This document shows, piece by piece, positions 26,186-38,940 of a stretch of DNA of 64,000 nucleotides (position 1 is the stretch's first letter; each line of letters begins with the position of its first letter). Made by a program: the position numbers and the translations under genes. The stretch covers positions 56,059,297 to 56,123,296 of the forward strand of contig NC_057719.1 of NCBI RefSeq assembly GCF_004010195.1, read 5' to 3'. This DNA comes from Chiloscyllium plagiosum (lineage: Eukaryota). Under the pieces are notes generated by a model that was given only the letters and a program-made list of their open reading frames with translations, searched no databases and was not told where the DNA came from.

Positions 26186-28459
26186 TATGGTTCAATAAGC
26201 TACCATACAAAATGGTAAGGTTGAACCCTTACAGGCAGCAGAACACTCTCAGCAATAAATGTAAACAGTGAAACATCACAAACATTCTGCTGTAAAAGGG
26301 ATAATGTTAATCCCAGTTTCTCCCATTCTTGCGTGAAAGTAATGGGGCAAGTGAGAATAATGTCTCCATCTCCCTCATAACTAAATAATGCTATCATCTG
26401 AGACAATTAACAAAGCATTGATCAAGAATTGAAGATGGGTCCCATTTGATCTACAAAGCTTAGTGACTGAGTAAATAAAATTGATGAACCAGCAAGAATA
26501 TGGTATTTATCTTTTTTTAAAAAGTTAATATTAACAATAATGTTGTAACATTAAAGGTAGAATCACTACAAAAATTATACATTGGATGACTGAAGTTGTA
26601 TCTAGAGACTGCCCAGTCATTTATAGTGCTGAATAAATACTATAGTTACAATGCCAAACCTAATCATTGTCCAGGCTGGTTACTATTCATGGAGGATAAA
26701 GCTTTCTCTTCTGTATAACAGCAACATTCTCTATTTCATAGGACTACTCAGGAGAAGATACCGAGACAATCACCAACTCTTTGCAGTGGGAAACAGGGAA
26801 GTTGAAAGTATGGTTTTCCAACTGAAAACTCTGGTGACATTTTACAAACAGCTCCAAAATGCATCAGCCTTATTTATTAGTCTCAGATTACTTTGAGGGG
26901 TTAACATCACACACTGTACCTACTAATGGGTATCCTCTTAATGAGAACATTTACTGAATCAGAAATCAACTGATGTTAAATTCTAATAAATATAATAAAT
27001 AGTTTTTACACACAAATTGGAGGTTTTACAGGAACTCATCTATTGCTAGTTATTTTAATCAACCTGTTTGAACATAGTTTGACACATAGTTAAAGCAGGT
27101 GGGTCTTAAACCTGAATCTTCTGACACCGAGGTCAGGACACTACCACTGTGCCTTATGACCCTATACAGATTAGTTGTTAAACTAACCGAAACTGGCACT
27201 TTCAAAGATAACTTATTATTGTTTAGTTAGTTAGGTCACTCATCTTAACACGTTTATAAATAAATACGTTTAGCTGGAATAAATGAATAAATTGAGGAGG
27301 CTGGTAGCAAACATGTTCATAAAAAATTGGTAGAAGGCATTAAGCAATTTTAAAACCTGTATCCTTCAAACAAAGTGAAACTATTTATCCTTTAATTTCT
27401 GCAGCTCAAGCAATTCTTAAACTATTGTTCTAGCAGTTCTTTGTTCTTTCATGTTTCCTTTTTACATTACTTTTTTGTTCATCTCAAATAATTTATTTTT
27501 TTTTCACCAACCTCAAATACAAGATGTGATTTAAGTACCAGTTCTGTAAACTTCAAGCTGGAGGGCTTCACTATCATAAGACTTTTTTATCACTCCAAAA
27601 CTGCAGTAAATGTTCATATTTAATCTATTGACTATGAACAACTATTAATTTGCAACTTAATGCTGGAATTACATAATTATCATTACTTCATTTATCCTGT
27701 GAAATACACCTCCTTCTAATCTTTTGGCCAATAATCTCAGGCTCTTCAATTAGATTTCCCCTAAAATAAGGTAACATTCTTGGTCTTTATTATTCCCCGG
27801 GTCCTCTTTCTTTTTGCCACGCCTACTTATCCTCGTCTCCCTAGCACACAAATGTCATGCATTATTTTCAGTCTGAGAGATGGACTGTCATCATTTGACA
27901 CTCCTAGCTGTGAGAATATAGTCGAGGATGTGCAATGTGTGTAGTTTTCTCTGGTGTCAGAATCTTGCCAGTCCTCTATTGAGCCATCAGGTTGGAGCCT
28001 GAATTTGGAAATGTAGCATTGATTTATGGAAATGTATTTGGTAATTGTTAACCCTCAAAGACAACATGTGCAAAGTGTTGGATAAACATCATGAAAAATG
28101 TCAAAGGTGTCTGTAAACAGTGGATTCAGTATTTTTAACTGGATGCATGTTAAGCAACCAGCTGTAACTCCATCATTATACATGTTCTCAGTAGTACTTC
28201 TTCCGTTGAATTGTGTTATCTCTTTATCAGTATTGTCTTTCTCTCCAATTAAAATCAATGGTAATTGTTCATTTAGCTTGAATTGGAATGCATCCTTGCC
28301 ACACACTTCTCTCCTGATGTTTGCTCCCTGATGGCACACAGCTAATAACGTCTCATGCAACCATGAAACACTAAATATCGGAAAATAATTAAGATAGAAA
28401 TAAAAGTCTTGACAATCTGAAATTCTCTCCCTGCTTCTTTCTCTCTTTCCAGTTGGTCC

Positions 28460-28700
28460 TCAGCACTAGCATGCTCAAAAAAATTAAGTGCTCAAATTCC
28501 ATTCCAGGGAATTGAAAATATAATCTCAACTGACTCTTCCATGTAAGCACTGAGGAAATTCAACTTGCCAGGGGTTCAGACTTATAGGTATGACACAGAC
28601 ATCTCTCAGGTGAACATAAAGTTCCCACAGCACTACTTCAAAGAAAAATAATTAAACTTTGCTCCATTGATTTGGTTATCATATCTATCAACCTGTGGTA
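28460..28700 (+). mobile_element. Decayed Deu-domain SINE (SacSINE1/AmnSINE1-like), 5' part
   Basis: ctgactcttccatgtaagcactgagg...ctcaggtgaacataaagttcccacagcactac resembles the Deu domain. Confidence 0.5.
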
Positions 28701-28909
28701 TTCTTGTTTGGCTTTCCTTAATGCAAAATTACTACTGCCATACTGGATTGGAAAGTCATCTGGGTTCACTTTACTTAAAAACCACGAATAGGTTTACCCA
28801 ACAGACAAACTAACAATTGCAGTTACAGAGCAACTTAATCTAGCATTTTGCTGCTTGGAGTCCTCCTGGCTGCTGGTTATGTGGTATCCTTCTAGTCCTT
28901 GGCATAATA

Positions 28910-29880
28910 CCAGTGGAGGTAGAGGAAGCAGATACATTAACAAAGTTTAAGAGGCATTTAGACAACACATAAACAGGTAGCAGGTGGAATTATTTTAGAA
29001 ATGCATCATGGTCAGTGCTGAAATTATAGTCCAAACGGCCTGTTCCTGTGCTGTACTGCTCTTTGTTTTAATGTTCTATTCTCCATAGTATGATCAGTCA
29101 GTTCACAAGTGACACCAAAATTGATGGTGTGATAAATAGCAAGGAGGAAAACCTTACACAACAGGGAAACATAGATGGGCTGGTCAATTGGGTAAAACAG
29201 CGGAAATTTGAATTCAATCCTGAAAAGTGTGAGGTAATGTATTTGGGAAAGACTACAAGTCAAGGGAGTACACATTGAATGGTAGGACTCTCGGAAGAAC
29301 AATGAGCCCTTTGTATGCATGTCCATAGATCCTTGAAGTGACAGTTAGACAAAATGGTTCAGAAGACAAATAGATTACCTGCCTTTATTAATCAAGGGAT
29401 TGATTGCAGTTTGTTTCACCGCATTAGAGAATGGATGTGATTGCACTAGGGAGGGTGCAGAGGAGATTCACCAGGATATTGCTTAGGCTCAACAATTCAC
29501 CAAGAAAGCTGGCCATAGGCCTGGTTCAGATATACAAAGTTATGAGGGGCATAGATAGGATTTTACCCTTAGTAGAGGAGTCAATAACCAGAGAGCACAG
29601 TTTTAAGGTAAGCAAGAGTTTTATAGGGGATTCGAGGGAAAAATATATTCACCAAAAAGGTGGCAGGTATCTGAAACTCACTGCCTAAAAGAAGATAGAG
29701 GCAGGAGCCCCCAAAGCGTTTAGAACTATTTAAATCAGCACTTAAAATGCCATAGCATAGATGACTACAAGCCAAGTTCTGGAAAATAGGATTAGAATAG
29801 ATAAAAACTTGATGATTGGCACACACACAATCGGCCAAAGAGCCTCCTTCCAGCCTCTGTGAAAACTCCATGACTTTGTA
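28910..29880 (+). mobile_element. Two old CR1 3' fragments
   Basis: FTSDTKIDG, FNPEKCEVM, VQRRFTRIL motifs and CR1 tails. Confidence 0.75.
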
Positions 29881-29949
29881 GAAAGACATGGACAAAGAGA
29901 ATGTTTTGCTGTCCATTTGGGTGTTGTTCAGAGTTCTAATGTCATGAAA

Positions 29950-31155
29950 TGGGTAAAGGTGGATAAATCCCCAGGATCTGATCAGGTGTACCCGAGAACT
30001 CTGTGGGAAGCCAGAGAAGTGATTGCTGGGCCTCTTACTGAGATATTTGTATCATCAATAGTCACAGGTGAGGTGCCGGAAAACTGGAGGTTGGATAACG
30101 TGGTGCCACTCTTTAATCAGGGTAATAAGGACAAGCCAGGGAACTATAGATCAGTGAGCCTGACTTCGGTGGTGGGCAAGTTGTTGGAGGGAATCCTGAG
30201 GGACAGGATGCACATGTACTTGGAAAGGTAAGAACTGATTAGGGATAGTCAACATGGCTTTATGCGTGGGAAATCATGTCTCACAAATTTGATTGAGCTT
30301 TTTGAAGAAGTAACAAAGAGAATTGATGAGGGCAGAGAGGTAGATGTGATCTATAAGGACATCAGTAAGGCATTCAACAAGGTTCCCCATGAGAGACTGA
30401 TTAGCAAGTATAGATCTCACAGAATACAGGGAGAACTAGCCATTTCGATACAGAACTGGCTCAAAGGTAGAAGACAGAGGCTGGTGGTGGAGGGATGTTT
30501 TTCACACTGGAGGCCTGTGACCAGTGGAGTGCCACAAGGATCGGTGCTGGGTCCCCTACTTTTTGTCATTTACATAAATGATTTGGATGCGAGCATAAGA
30601 GGTACAGTTAGTAAGTTTGCAGATGGCACCAAAATTGGAGATATAGTGGACAGCGAAGTGGGTTACCTCAGATTACAACAAAGATTTGCAAGGATGCTGC
30701 CAGGGTTGGAGGATTTGAGCTGTAGGGAGAGGTTGAATAGCCTGGGGCTGTTTTCCTTGGAGCATTGGAGGCTGAGGGGTGACCTTATAAAGGTTTTAAA
30801 AATTATGAGGGGCATGGATAGGGTAAATAGGCAAAGTCTTTTCCCTCGGGTCGGGGAGTCCAGAACTAGAGGACATAGGTTTAGGATGAGAGGGGAAAGA
30901 TATAAAAGAGACCTACGGGGTAACCTTTTCACACAGAGGGTGGTACGTGTATCGAATGAGCTGCCAGAGGAAGTGGTGGTAGCTAGTACAATTGTAACAT
31001 TTAAGAGGCATTTGGATGGGTATATGAATAGGAAGGGTTTGGAGGGATATGGGCCGGGTGCTGGCAGGTGGGACTAGATTGGGTTGGGATTTCTGGTCGG
31101 CATGGACTGAAGGGTTTGTTTCCACGCTGTACATCTCTATGACTCTATGACTCTA
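29950..31155 (+). mobile_element. CR1 (HER1-like) LINE RT and 3' end, 5'-truncated, with in-frame internal deletion near 30680
   Basis: [40 protein letters not shown], tail ctctatgactctatgactct. Confidence 0.93.
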
Positions 31156-31784
31156 CTGTACCTTCAGGTATTGTGTAGTGCACACTGTTCACAATGTATG
31201 TTTTCAAAAAGCAATCCATACCCATACCTAATGCTCTGTAACATAAATTATCCCAGTATGTAATTCATTTACATATTTTCCACCCATTTGAGAGCAGTTA
31301 GCATTGGTAACTCACTATGTAGCAACGTAATAAGGTACTCAAACTACAAAGACCCTAAAAGAGAGAATTAACAATTCTCCAGTTAAGTACGATAGAAACA
31401 TATTTTGAGTTATCAGCAGATGTCTACTCAGTATTTTACAATTTGTTCTATATGCTGCTTGTAATTCTGTCTGGTTAGCAAAGTCTGAGATTGGTATAGC
31501 TTGAAGAAAAATAAAAAAAAGCAGCAATTTCATTTATTAAAGGGTAAATATTTTCATGAAAAATGCTTTTTATGATTGGGAGAAAGAAAGGCCATACATC
31601 AATTGTATCATTGTACTATATAGATAAGTGTTTTAATGATGCATTTCAAAGTAATTTGTAATCATTGAATCAGTTATTGCTTTATAAATGGAAGAAGATT
31701 TGTAAACAACTTTATATGAAGATTCTGCTGCGTTAAGACTTTTTTTCTGTTATGGGTGAAAATGCCTGAATAAATATGAATTCA

Positions 31785-31872
31785 AAAAGCATGGTGCTGG
31801 AGAAAGCACAGCAGGTCACACAGCATCTGAGCAGCAGGATAATCAATGTTTTGGGCATAAGCCCTTCATCAA
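31785..31872 (-). mobile_element. PLE terminal fragment ending at a degenerate HHR
   Basis: Reverse complement ttgatgaagggcttatgcccaaaacattgatt..., same family as 40352. Confidence 0.7.
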
Positions 31873-31879
31873 CCCATTT

Positions 31880-32720
31880 ACAAGAAATGCCAAAGTAAAG
31901 GGAAAACAACATTTATACTTTATGAGAAGAGAGTGCTGATAGGTTGGAAATAGAGTCTGGTTGGTAGAGGCATTGCCATAGAGAATACACCACTTAATAA
32001 TGACTGACAGTTAACTACATGTCCTAGTCGAGAATTCAGTCATTCTCAATACAGTCTTTGGCAAACCTATATTCACCAGTCAATATACACGCTGGAATTC
32101 CTACAATTCTACATAGATTGGCCATATCAACAATCTTGTAAATAGGACCTGAGCCATTTGTTCACCATGCAAACTTCATGAAGGCATATCAAAGCCATCT
32201 TCAGGACAATAGCCACCACATTCAGATCCATTGACTCTACATGTTGCATAAAATTATAGTGTGTACCTATCCTCCTGTAAAATACTCATCTACCTCCAAT
32301 TTCACTGGAATTGGAAAGTACCTCAAAAGTTTGAGAAACAGGTGAAGCTAGTTGTTTCATGTGGTCATTGTACAGGATGAACACTAGCAGCGTCGACACA
32401 AATGGGATTCGACCGTCACAAAAAAAAGCTATTCTGCCAATCACACAAATGACTAATATGGATATGAACCTCCATGCCAGTATGATGATAGGCATGCAGG
32501 CTGTATGTCACAGACTGGTGGATCATACCAGAGAGCAACACCTTTCAGCTGTTCAGAACAAGCAAGGTATAGATTGTAATCAACCAGGCCACACTTACAA
32601 AATTTACAATACAGTGTACAATGTTAGATATGATTCTGTAATTGGAGGACATTTGTTGCATAATCCTGAATCCACAAAGAATCACTTGACAAACAATTTA
32701 GCATTGTTAATCAGTCACAT
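31880..32720 (+). mobile_element. Old PLE GIY-YIG-region remnant (different clade) with probable inverted terminal piece
   Basis: QKKAILPITQMTN...DSVIGGHLLHNPESTKN resembles the PLE endonuclease region (KD.LP....SNVVY...SAIGQHL..NPEC). Confidence 0.55.
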
Positions 32721-33890
32721 TGCAGGGCGCATCAGTAATAAGTGCAGAAAGGCTGCAGCAGAGTGAGTTTGTGAGCAGGGAGAGGCATCCAGCTCATGGT
32801 TTGGACCAGGCTGCAACTCAGGGATGCTCAATTGCACTCTGTGTTCTTCACTTAGAGTCTACCTCCACACTCGCAGCAACCATGCCAAGCTGTGCCATGC
32901 CTGTTAGCATGTTGGCATTCAAGCCAGAGTCAAAGGCTGTCACTACTGTTCTTTTGTGTCAAATAGACCCAAGATCCAGCCACTTGTTTTTGTTAATTCA
33001 TGACGTCTGTCGAGCTTACTTCTTCACATAACTTAATTGATAGTCAAGTACAAGTTGAATTAAGAAAGCACACCTTATTAAAAATTCAAGCTCTGCTTTA
33101 ACGAATCTCAGGAATGAGAAGAGGAATTTGTTCAACCCTCCAGATTTGGCAAAAATGTAAAATATATGCAGTAAGATTTGTTTATATCATAATATGTAGG
33201 AAGCTGCCTTTGATGCCAAAATGCATGTTTCCCCAACTTTAACTAATTTGGTCATTTCCAAACGCTCCTGATCGCTTTCTAAAATGTAGTAAGCTGCAAT
33301 TGTTTTTAAACATATCTCCTGGATGATGACTTAATCTGTGATCAAGACTCATTCCAAATTACACGTTTGGTTTCAAATAATCAAATTCAGTAACCGATGT
33401 CAGGATTTTCTGGTAAAGATGTGATGACAGCAAACCTGTGTGGGATGGCTAATGGGTTGCCACCGGCCTCATTCCCAAAGGCCTTCAGAGCCTGATCATT
33501 GGGCCTAGTCTCACAAAGCTAGGGGTTAGGGAACATCTCACTGAGAGCTACTGCACAGGCCTTGGTCCAGAACCAATCCTGTGCACATACTGCTGCCATG
33601 CTTACCTTTGATCATGGACCAGTGATGATTCCAGGCTCTGGGTGGATTTCATACCAACAGCAGACACTGGCTCCCAGTGACACTGCTGTTCAAAAGAGCT
33701 ACTGGTCTCTGATTCACTTGTGGGATGTCCATCTCTGAAGTCCTTGATCCAAGGAGATGATCCATTGTTGGTCCATCAAGTGCCTAACTGGAACAAGATG
33801 CAGTAGGACTTCCTTAAATGAAGCAATATACTACTCCAGCCAGGTCAGGTCCCGGTTTCCTTCATAACATTCCAGCCACTGTATTAACAT

Positions 33891-34122
33891 CAAAAGAGAA
33901 AAAAGCTGGAAAATCTCAGCAGGTCTGGCAGCATCTGTAAGGAGAGAAAAGAGCTGATGTTTCGAGTCTAACTGACCCTTTGTCAAAGCTTTGACAAAGG
34001 GTCAGTTAGACTCGAAACGTCAGCTCTTTTCTCTCCTTACAGATGCTGCCAGACCTGCTGAGATTTTCCAGCATTTTCTCTTTTGGTTTCAGATCCCAGC
34101 ATCCACAGTAACTTGCTTTGAT
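33891..34122 (+). mobile_element. Near-perfect spacerless palindromic PLE-terminus insertion with tail and TSD
   Basis: Axis 33988|33989; 84-bp inner arms with 1 mismatch; 37-nt tail 34086-34122; TSD actg(t/c)att(a/g)acatca at 33878-33892 and 34123-34137. Confidence 0.9.
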
Positions 34123-35499
34123 ACTGCATTGACATCATTCTGTTGTGAAGTAACATGCAATAAAAGCTAGACCTGTTACATTTTAAGTAAATATTGTCTC
34201 AGGAGGGATGATCGTCATTGTTTATACAACTTTGAACATGTAATATAATAAAGAAAACATCGTGATCAAGGTGAAACATGTTTAACAATGTTTTTTTGTT
34301 TGGACAATAATTGTATTTTCTTCTTCAGATGAAGAAAAATTGCACTTTTCACTGTTCTTAATCAGAAGGAATTGAGATGCAATATTGCTCCAGGAATACA
34401 ATTAGCCATCTTTCTCTCACACTAGAGATCAGTTTTTATCTGTAAACATGTGTGAGAGTTGGCAAGTAATTTGATCATCGATACTGAGTGAAAATTGTTC
34501 TTATTTTGACCATTTACTTGCTCATTCCTTTCATTTAAAAGGTGCAAAGATCAAGCCAAATGAGTGCAAGATTGCGCTCGTATGTATTGAGTTGGCCTAG
34601 CATTGCAAAAGATTAATTTAAGAACAGCGCACCACTTGAGGTTGTAGCAGTTTCCAGACCATTGGAGTGGTTTAAATGATGTGGAAAAGGAGTTTCAAGC
34701 TCCTTGCCTCAATTTTCTTGGGACTAGTGGCTACTGACTTCCATTAGTAGGTAGAAGGCATCAAAAAAGGCCTGACGTGTCCATCAGACCTCAGGTTAGG
34801 ATTGGTTTTCTTTTAATTCTATTGCATTCTACTTGTACATACTACCACCCTTGTGTCCTCCACCCACATTCTACAATATTCCAGACCAAGTTAAATGGAC
34901 TGGGACAAGAAATCATATCTATACTTCCTTTTATCTCAAGTGAGATAAGGCTTACAATATAGCTACCAAAACATAACTACTGTATGATAATTAAACACAA
35001 ATGATAGGACTACATCATACAACCTATTTCATTTGCACCTTAGTAACACTGTTCTGAAAAACAAACCTTGTATTCCTGGAATTCAAATTTGCTGTGTGCA
35101 ATGTTAGAATGAATATTTAATTGCCTGTTACGAGCAAGCCAAGAAAATTTACATTAAAATCAACAAACAACCTTTCAGTTGGCACATTATATGCAAGACT
35201 GATAAACTAATAATCAATATTAATACGGATGCTGCAGCAAATGATCCAACTGGGGTAATTATCTTTCAAATCTTCCAAATTTAAAAATAGAACGCCTGGA
35301 AAAATCAGACCAAAGTACCTTGATAGAAAACACATAGGGACTTCCAATAGCTTCTAGGAAAGTTTTACTTTCAAAAGATAACAACGGAACACTTGAGGCA
35401 CATATCCACACTTATCTACACAATGCACCAAATTCTAGTTTTAAAAAAGGCAAGCTACTGACATGGGAGCTGAAGGGAATAGAAGTGGCACAGTTGTGG

Positions 35500-35990
35500 T
35501 AATGAATAAATGCAAGAAGATCACTTACAAACTTACAGAGATCAATGGTAAATATAAAATACCCATAAAGCTCAGAATGTAATCTGCAGACAAGGATGAA
35601 CACCCAGTAATTTAGGGACCCTAACTTCATAAAAAGATGATAAAAGAAGCACAGGGATCAGTTGGATAAACCCATTGACTTACGAGCAGTCAATAAAATG
35701 GTTCAGACCATGATACAGAGAGAAGTCCCTGAAGAAGATAATCTACTAGTAGAATTTTAAAGGATATAATAGATGGTGTGATCAAACACAATTAAGGCAA
35801 GTAAAATAAAAGGGACACTGAGTGAGTCAAGAAATGCTTTTGCAATTGTTAAAACCAGAGAAGTTTCTTTACTAAATATGGAATCTAATTCTATCTGCTT
35901 CAACACAAACCAAGAGGTGCAGGCAAAGCTTTGGTAACCAACAGAGATATCTTGGATTGCAGTCATCATAGATCAGTTTGAATTTTCTGC
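35500..35990 (+). mobile_element. Highly decayed CR1 fragment
   Basis: gaggtgcaggcaaag...cagagatatcttggat and gaaatgcttttgcaattgtt resemble the CR1 C-terminal region. Confidence 0.4.
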
Positions 35991-38185
35991 AAGTAATTTT
36001 TTTCTGCAACCTTTAGCGAACTTGCACACTGTTAATAAAATCACTGGCTGAGAGAGGCAAGCAATAGTCATTGCCAAAGATAGAGAGAAAGCTTTCAAAA
36101 GACTGAAATGAATATCTCTCTTCCACTCTCTGGAGAGATGTAGATTCAGTTAAAAGCTCGCACAGTGTGTTGAAGTATTTTACAATTCTACAATAATAAT
36201 TAATGAATTGCTAACTCCATTGTAATTGCATTGTAATCTCATGCACAAGCAATCAGAAATCACAGTTTGCAATGGCAACACAGCAATCACACAGCAACAA
36301 AAGTAGAACAGATATGCTTTATATTGATGACTAAAAATGCTATTACTCAATATAAGGGCAGTTGGAGCAACTGAAACAAACTATGCATTTTGTCACCCTG
36401 TTTTAAATGGAAGTGATGTATCTCAGTATTAATGTACATTAATACAATTCAAACTGCTATTTTATCTAACAAAAGGAGAAAAGAAAATACTTCCTAATAC
36501 CTACTTAATCGATTGTTCCTCAGCATCAGCAATTTACTCAAAATTTATTATGGGCCTATAAAAGAAAATAGTCATGTGGGCATCTTACAAAGGAGGAAAA
36601 ATGGCTGCCATGTGCATCTGATGGCACAGGATACTCTTGCTGCAGAAAGCAGCTTTCAGCCTCTCTATCAGTGATCCCAGCACCTCCAATCTGTGATTAC
36701 AATGAAAGATGCTGCAGCTTCACAGAAGCTTCTCAGGATGCCAGGACCCGTCTGGTGTCAGGCATCCAGAATATATCTAGTCAGGTCATCTAAGTGGGCA
36801 ACAAGGGCAGCAGCCTGATTTCACCTTGGCTGCAAAGACATAGAAGCATGTGTAAGAATTTTAAGAACACCAAGCTGCCTTTAGGGTTAGAGTACATGGA
36901 TGTTAAAGCTTGCATTCATTCTGCTGTTTAGTAAAGGATTAATGTATCATTACTGCATCTCCTTTCAATTCTTGTTGCTCTTTGGCACTTCAATTATACC
37001 CAGTTATACCCAGGCTCCCTCAAGAGTTTGCTTAAAACAGTCCATATTAGGTATGGTCAAGGCTTCACACTTGACACTGTGTCATGTCTAACTGGGCATT
37101 GAGTATTTAAATGCTAAGCGAAGGAGTTGACGTCAGGGCTGCAGAAAGATAATGTTTTATCTGTGTAGATCCAAGAGTCTGTTAGGATACTAAGAAACAT
37201 CAGTGTATTAGTGTGCCCTGAAATTCCCTTGCACTTATCTCATTGCTAATTCCCTGTGGTCCTGAGGTCCTTCACCTTACATCACTTATTCAGCAATCAC
37301 CTTCACTTCCTTACTGTTGAAGTAGACATTGCAATCTGCAAGATCCTCATGGTTCAATACTTTCCTTCTATGTATGCCACGTTGTGTGGACCTCAACAGA
37401 GCACAATATGCAATATATTTCAGAATACACAGAAGTATTTTCCTACTATAAAGAAAAATTCTAAGGGGAGGACCCATCACTAAAAATTAAAGAAAGGAAA
37501 CCTAAGAAAAAAAGCATATAAAAACAATGAGGAACTGTTGTCTTCCATAATTCATCCCTGAATCTCTTAATTTGATCTATATTTGTCACATATGAAAAGT
37601 TTTGTTTTGCATGCAAAATACATACCATACAAAGTGCAAACTCACACAACACTAGGTTATAGTCCAACAGATTTATTTGTAAGTATTAGCTTTCAGAGCG
37701 CTGCTCTTTCATCAGGTAACTATTGGGGCAGGATCATAAGACACAGAATTTATTGCAAAAGATCACAGTGTCATGCAATTAAAGCGATCTATTGGACAAA
37801 CCTAGGTTGCTGTTAAGTCTTTCTTCTTTTAGAATGGGTTGCAGGTTTCAGTTCATTAATATGTAAATCCCAGAACTTCTTTAAAGTCACATTCTTGAGA
37901 TAACTTAAGGTTTTATAAAAAATAGAGACATCTCAGCTCAGATAATGCATTAAAGATGTGAGGTTAGTGTCTGTCTGTATCCCAAATTGAGTCAGATTGG
38001 TTCTATTTCCAAAATATTATATGGATTGACTGCCTATTATTGAGGGAGTGCAGCGTAGGTTCACGAGGTCAATTCCCAGAATGGCGGGACAATCTTACGT
38101 TGAAAGATTGGAGCGACTGGTCTTATATACCCTTGGGTTTAGAAGGCTGAGAGGGGATCTGATTGAGACGTATAAGATTATCAAA

Positions 38186-38390
38186 CATGATTCGGAGATG
38201 CCGGTGTTGGACTGGGGTGTACAAAGTTAAAAATCACACATCACCAGGTTATAGTCCAACAGGTTTAATTGGAAGCACACTAGCTTTCGGAGCAACGCTC
38301 CTTCATCAGGTGATTGAAGGAGCGTCGCTCCGAAAGCTAATGTGCTTCCAATTAAACCTATTGGACTATAACCTGGTGTTGTGTGATTTT
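38186..38390 (-). mobile_element. PLE-derived fold-back mini-element with HHR, inserted in the CR1
   Basis: 79-bp inverted arms (38227-38305 / 38315-38393), 41-nt tail, TSD taagattat(c/t)aaa at 38173-38185 and 38391-38403. Confidence 0.9.
38278..38312 (-). ncRNA. Minimal type I hammerhead ribozyme motif
   Basis: CAC-CUGAUGA-A-GGAGC-GUU-GCUCC-GAAA-GC-UA-GUG: intact core, perfect stems I and II, palindromic AGCU in place of stem III. Confidence 0.8.
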
Positions 38391-38640
38391 TAAGATTATT
38401 AAAGGATTGGACACTCTGGAGGCAGGAAGCATGTTTCTGCTGATGGGTGAGTCCCGAACCAGAGGACACAGTTTAAAAATAAGGGGTAGGCCATTTAGAA
38501 CAGAGTTGAGGAGAAACCTCTTCACCCAGAGAGTGGTGGGTGTATGGAATGCTCTGCCCCAGAAGGCTGTGCAGGCCAAGTCTCTGGAAGTTTCCAAGAA
38601 AGAGTTGGATAGAGCTCTTAAGGATAGTGGAATCAAGGGT

Positions 38641-38940
38641 TTAGATTAGATTACTTACAGTGTGGAAACAGGCCCTTCGGCCCAACAAGTCCACACCGAC
38701 CCGCTGAAGCGCAACCCACCCATACCCCTACATTTACCCCTTACCTAACACTACGGGCAATTTAGCATGGCCAATTCACCTGGCCTGTGGGAGGAAACCG
38801 GAGCACCCGGAGGAAACCCACACAGACACGGGGAGAACGTGCAAACTCCACACAGTCAGTCGCCTGAGGCGGGAATTGAACCCGGGTCTCTGGCGCTGTG
38901 AGGCAGCAGTGCTAACCACTGTGCCACCGTGCCACCCACT
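38641..38940 (-). mobile_element. Near full-length HE1-type V-SINE inserted in the CR1
   Basis: A-box TGGCACAGTGG, B-box GGTTCAATTCC, V-domain, tail ...cacactgtaagtaatctaatctaa. Confidence 0.92.

Noticed and set aside
28055..28360. 101-aa ORF as a host exon
   Set aside because: No recognisable domain or convincing splice sites, and the length is compatible with chance.
38227..38393. Classifying the hairpins as DNA-transposon MITEs
   Set aside because: The asymmetric tail, long variable TSDs and homology to termini of GIY-YIG-coding PLEs in this window point to retroelement origin.
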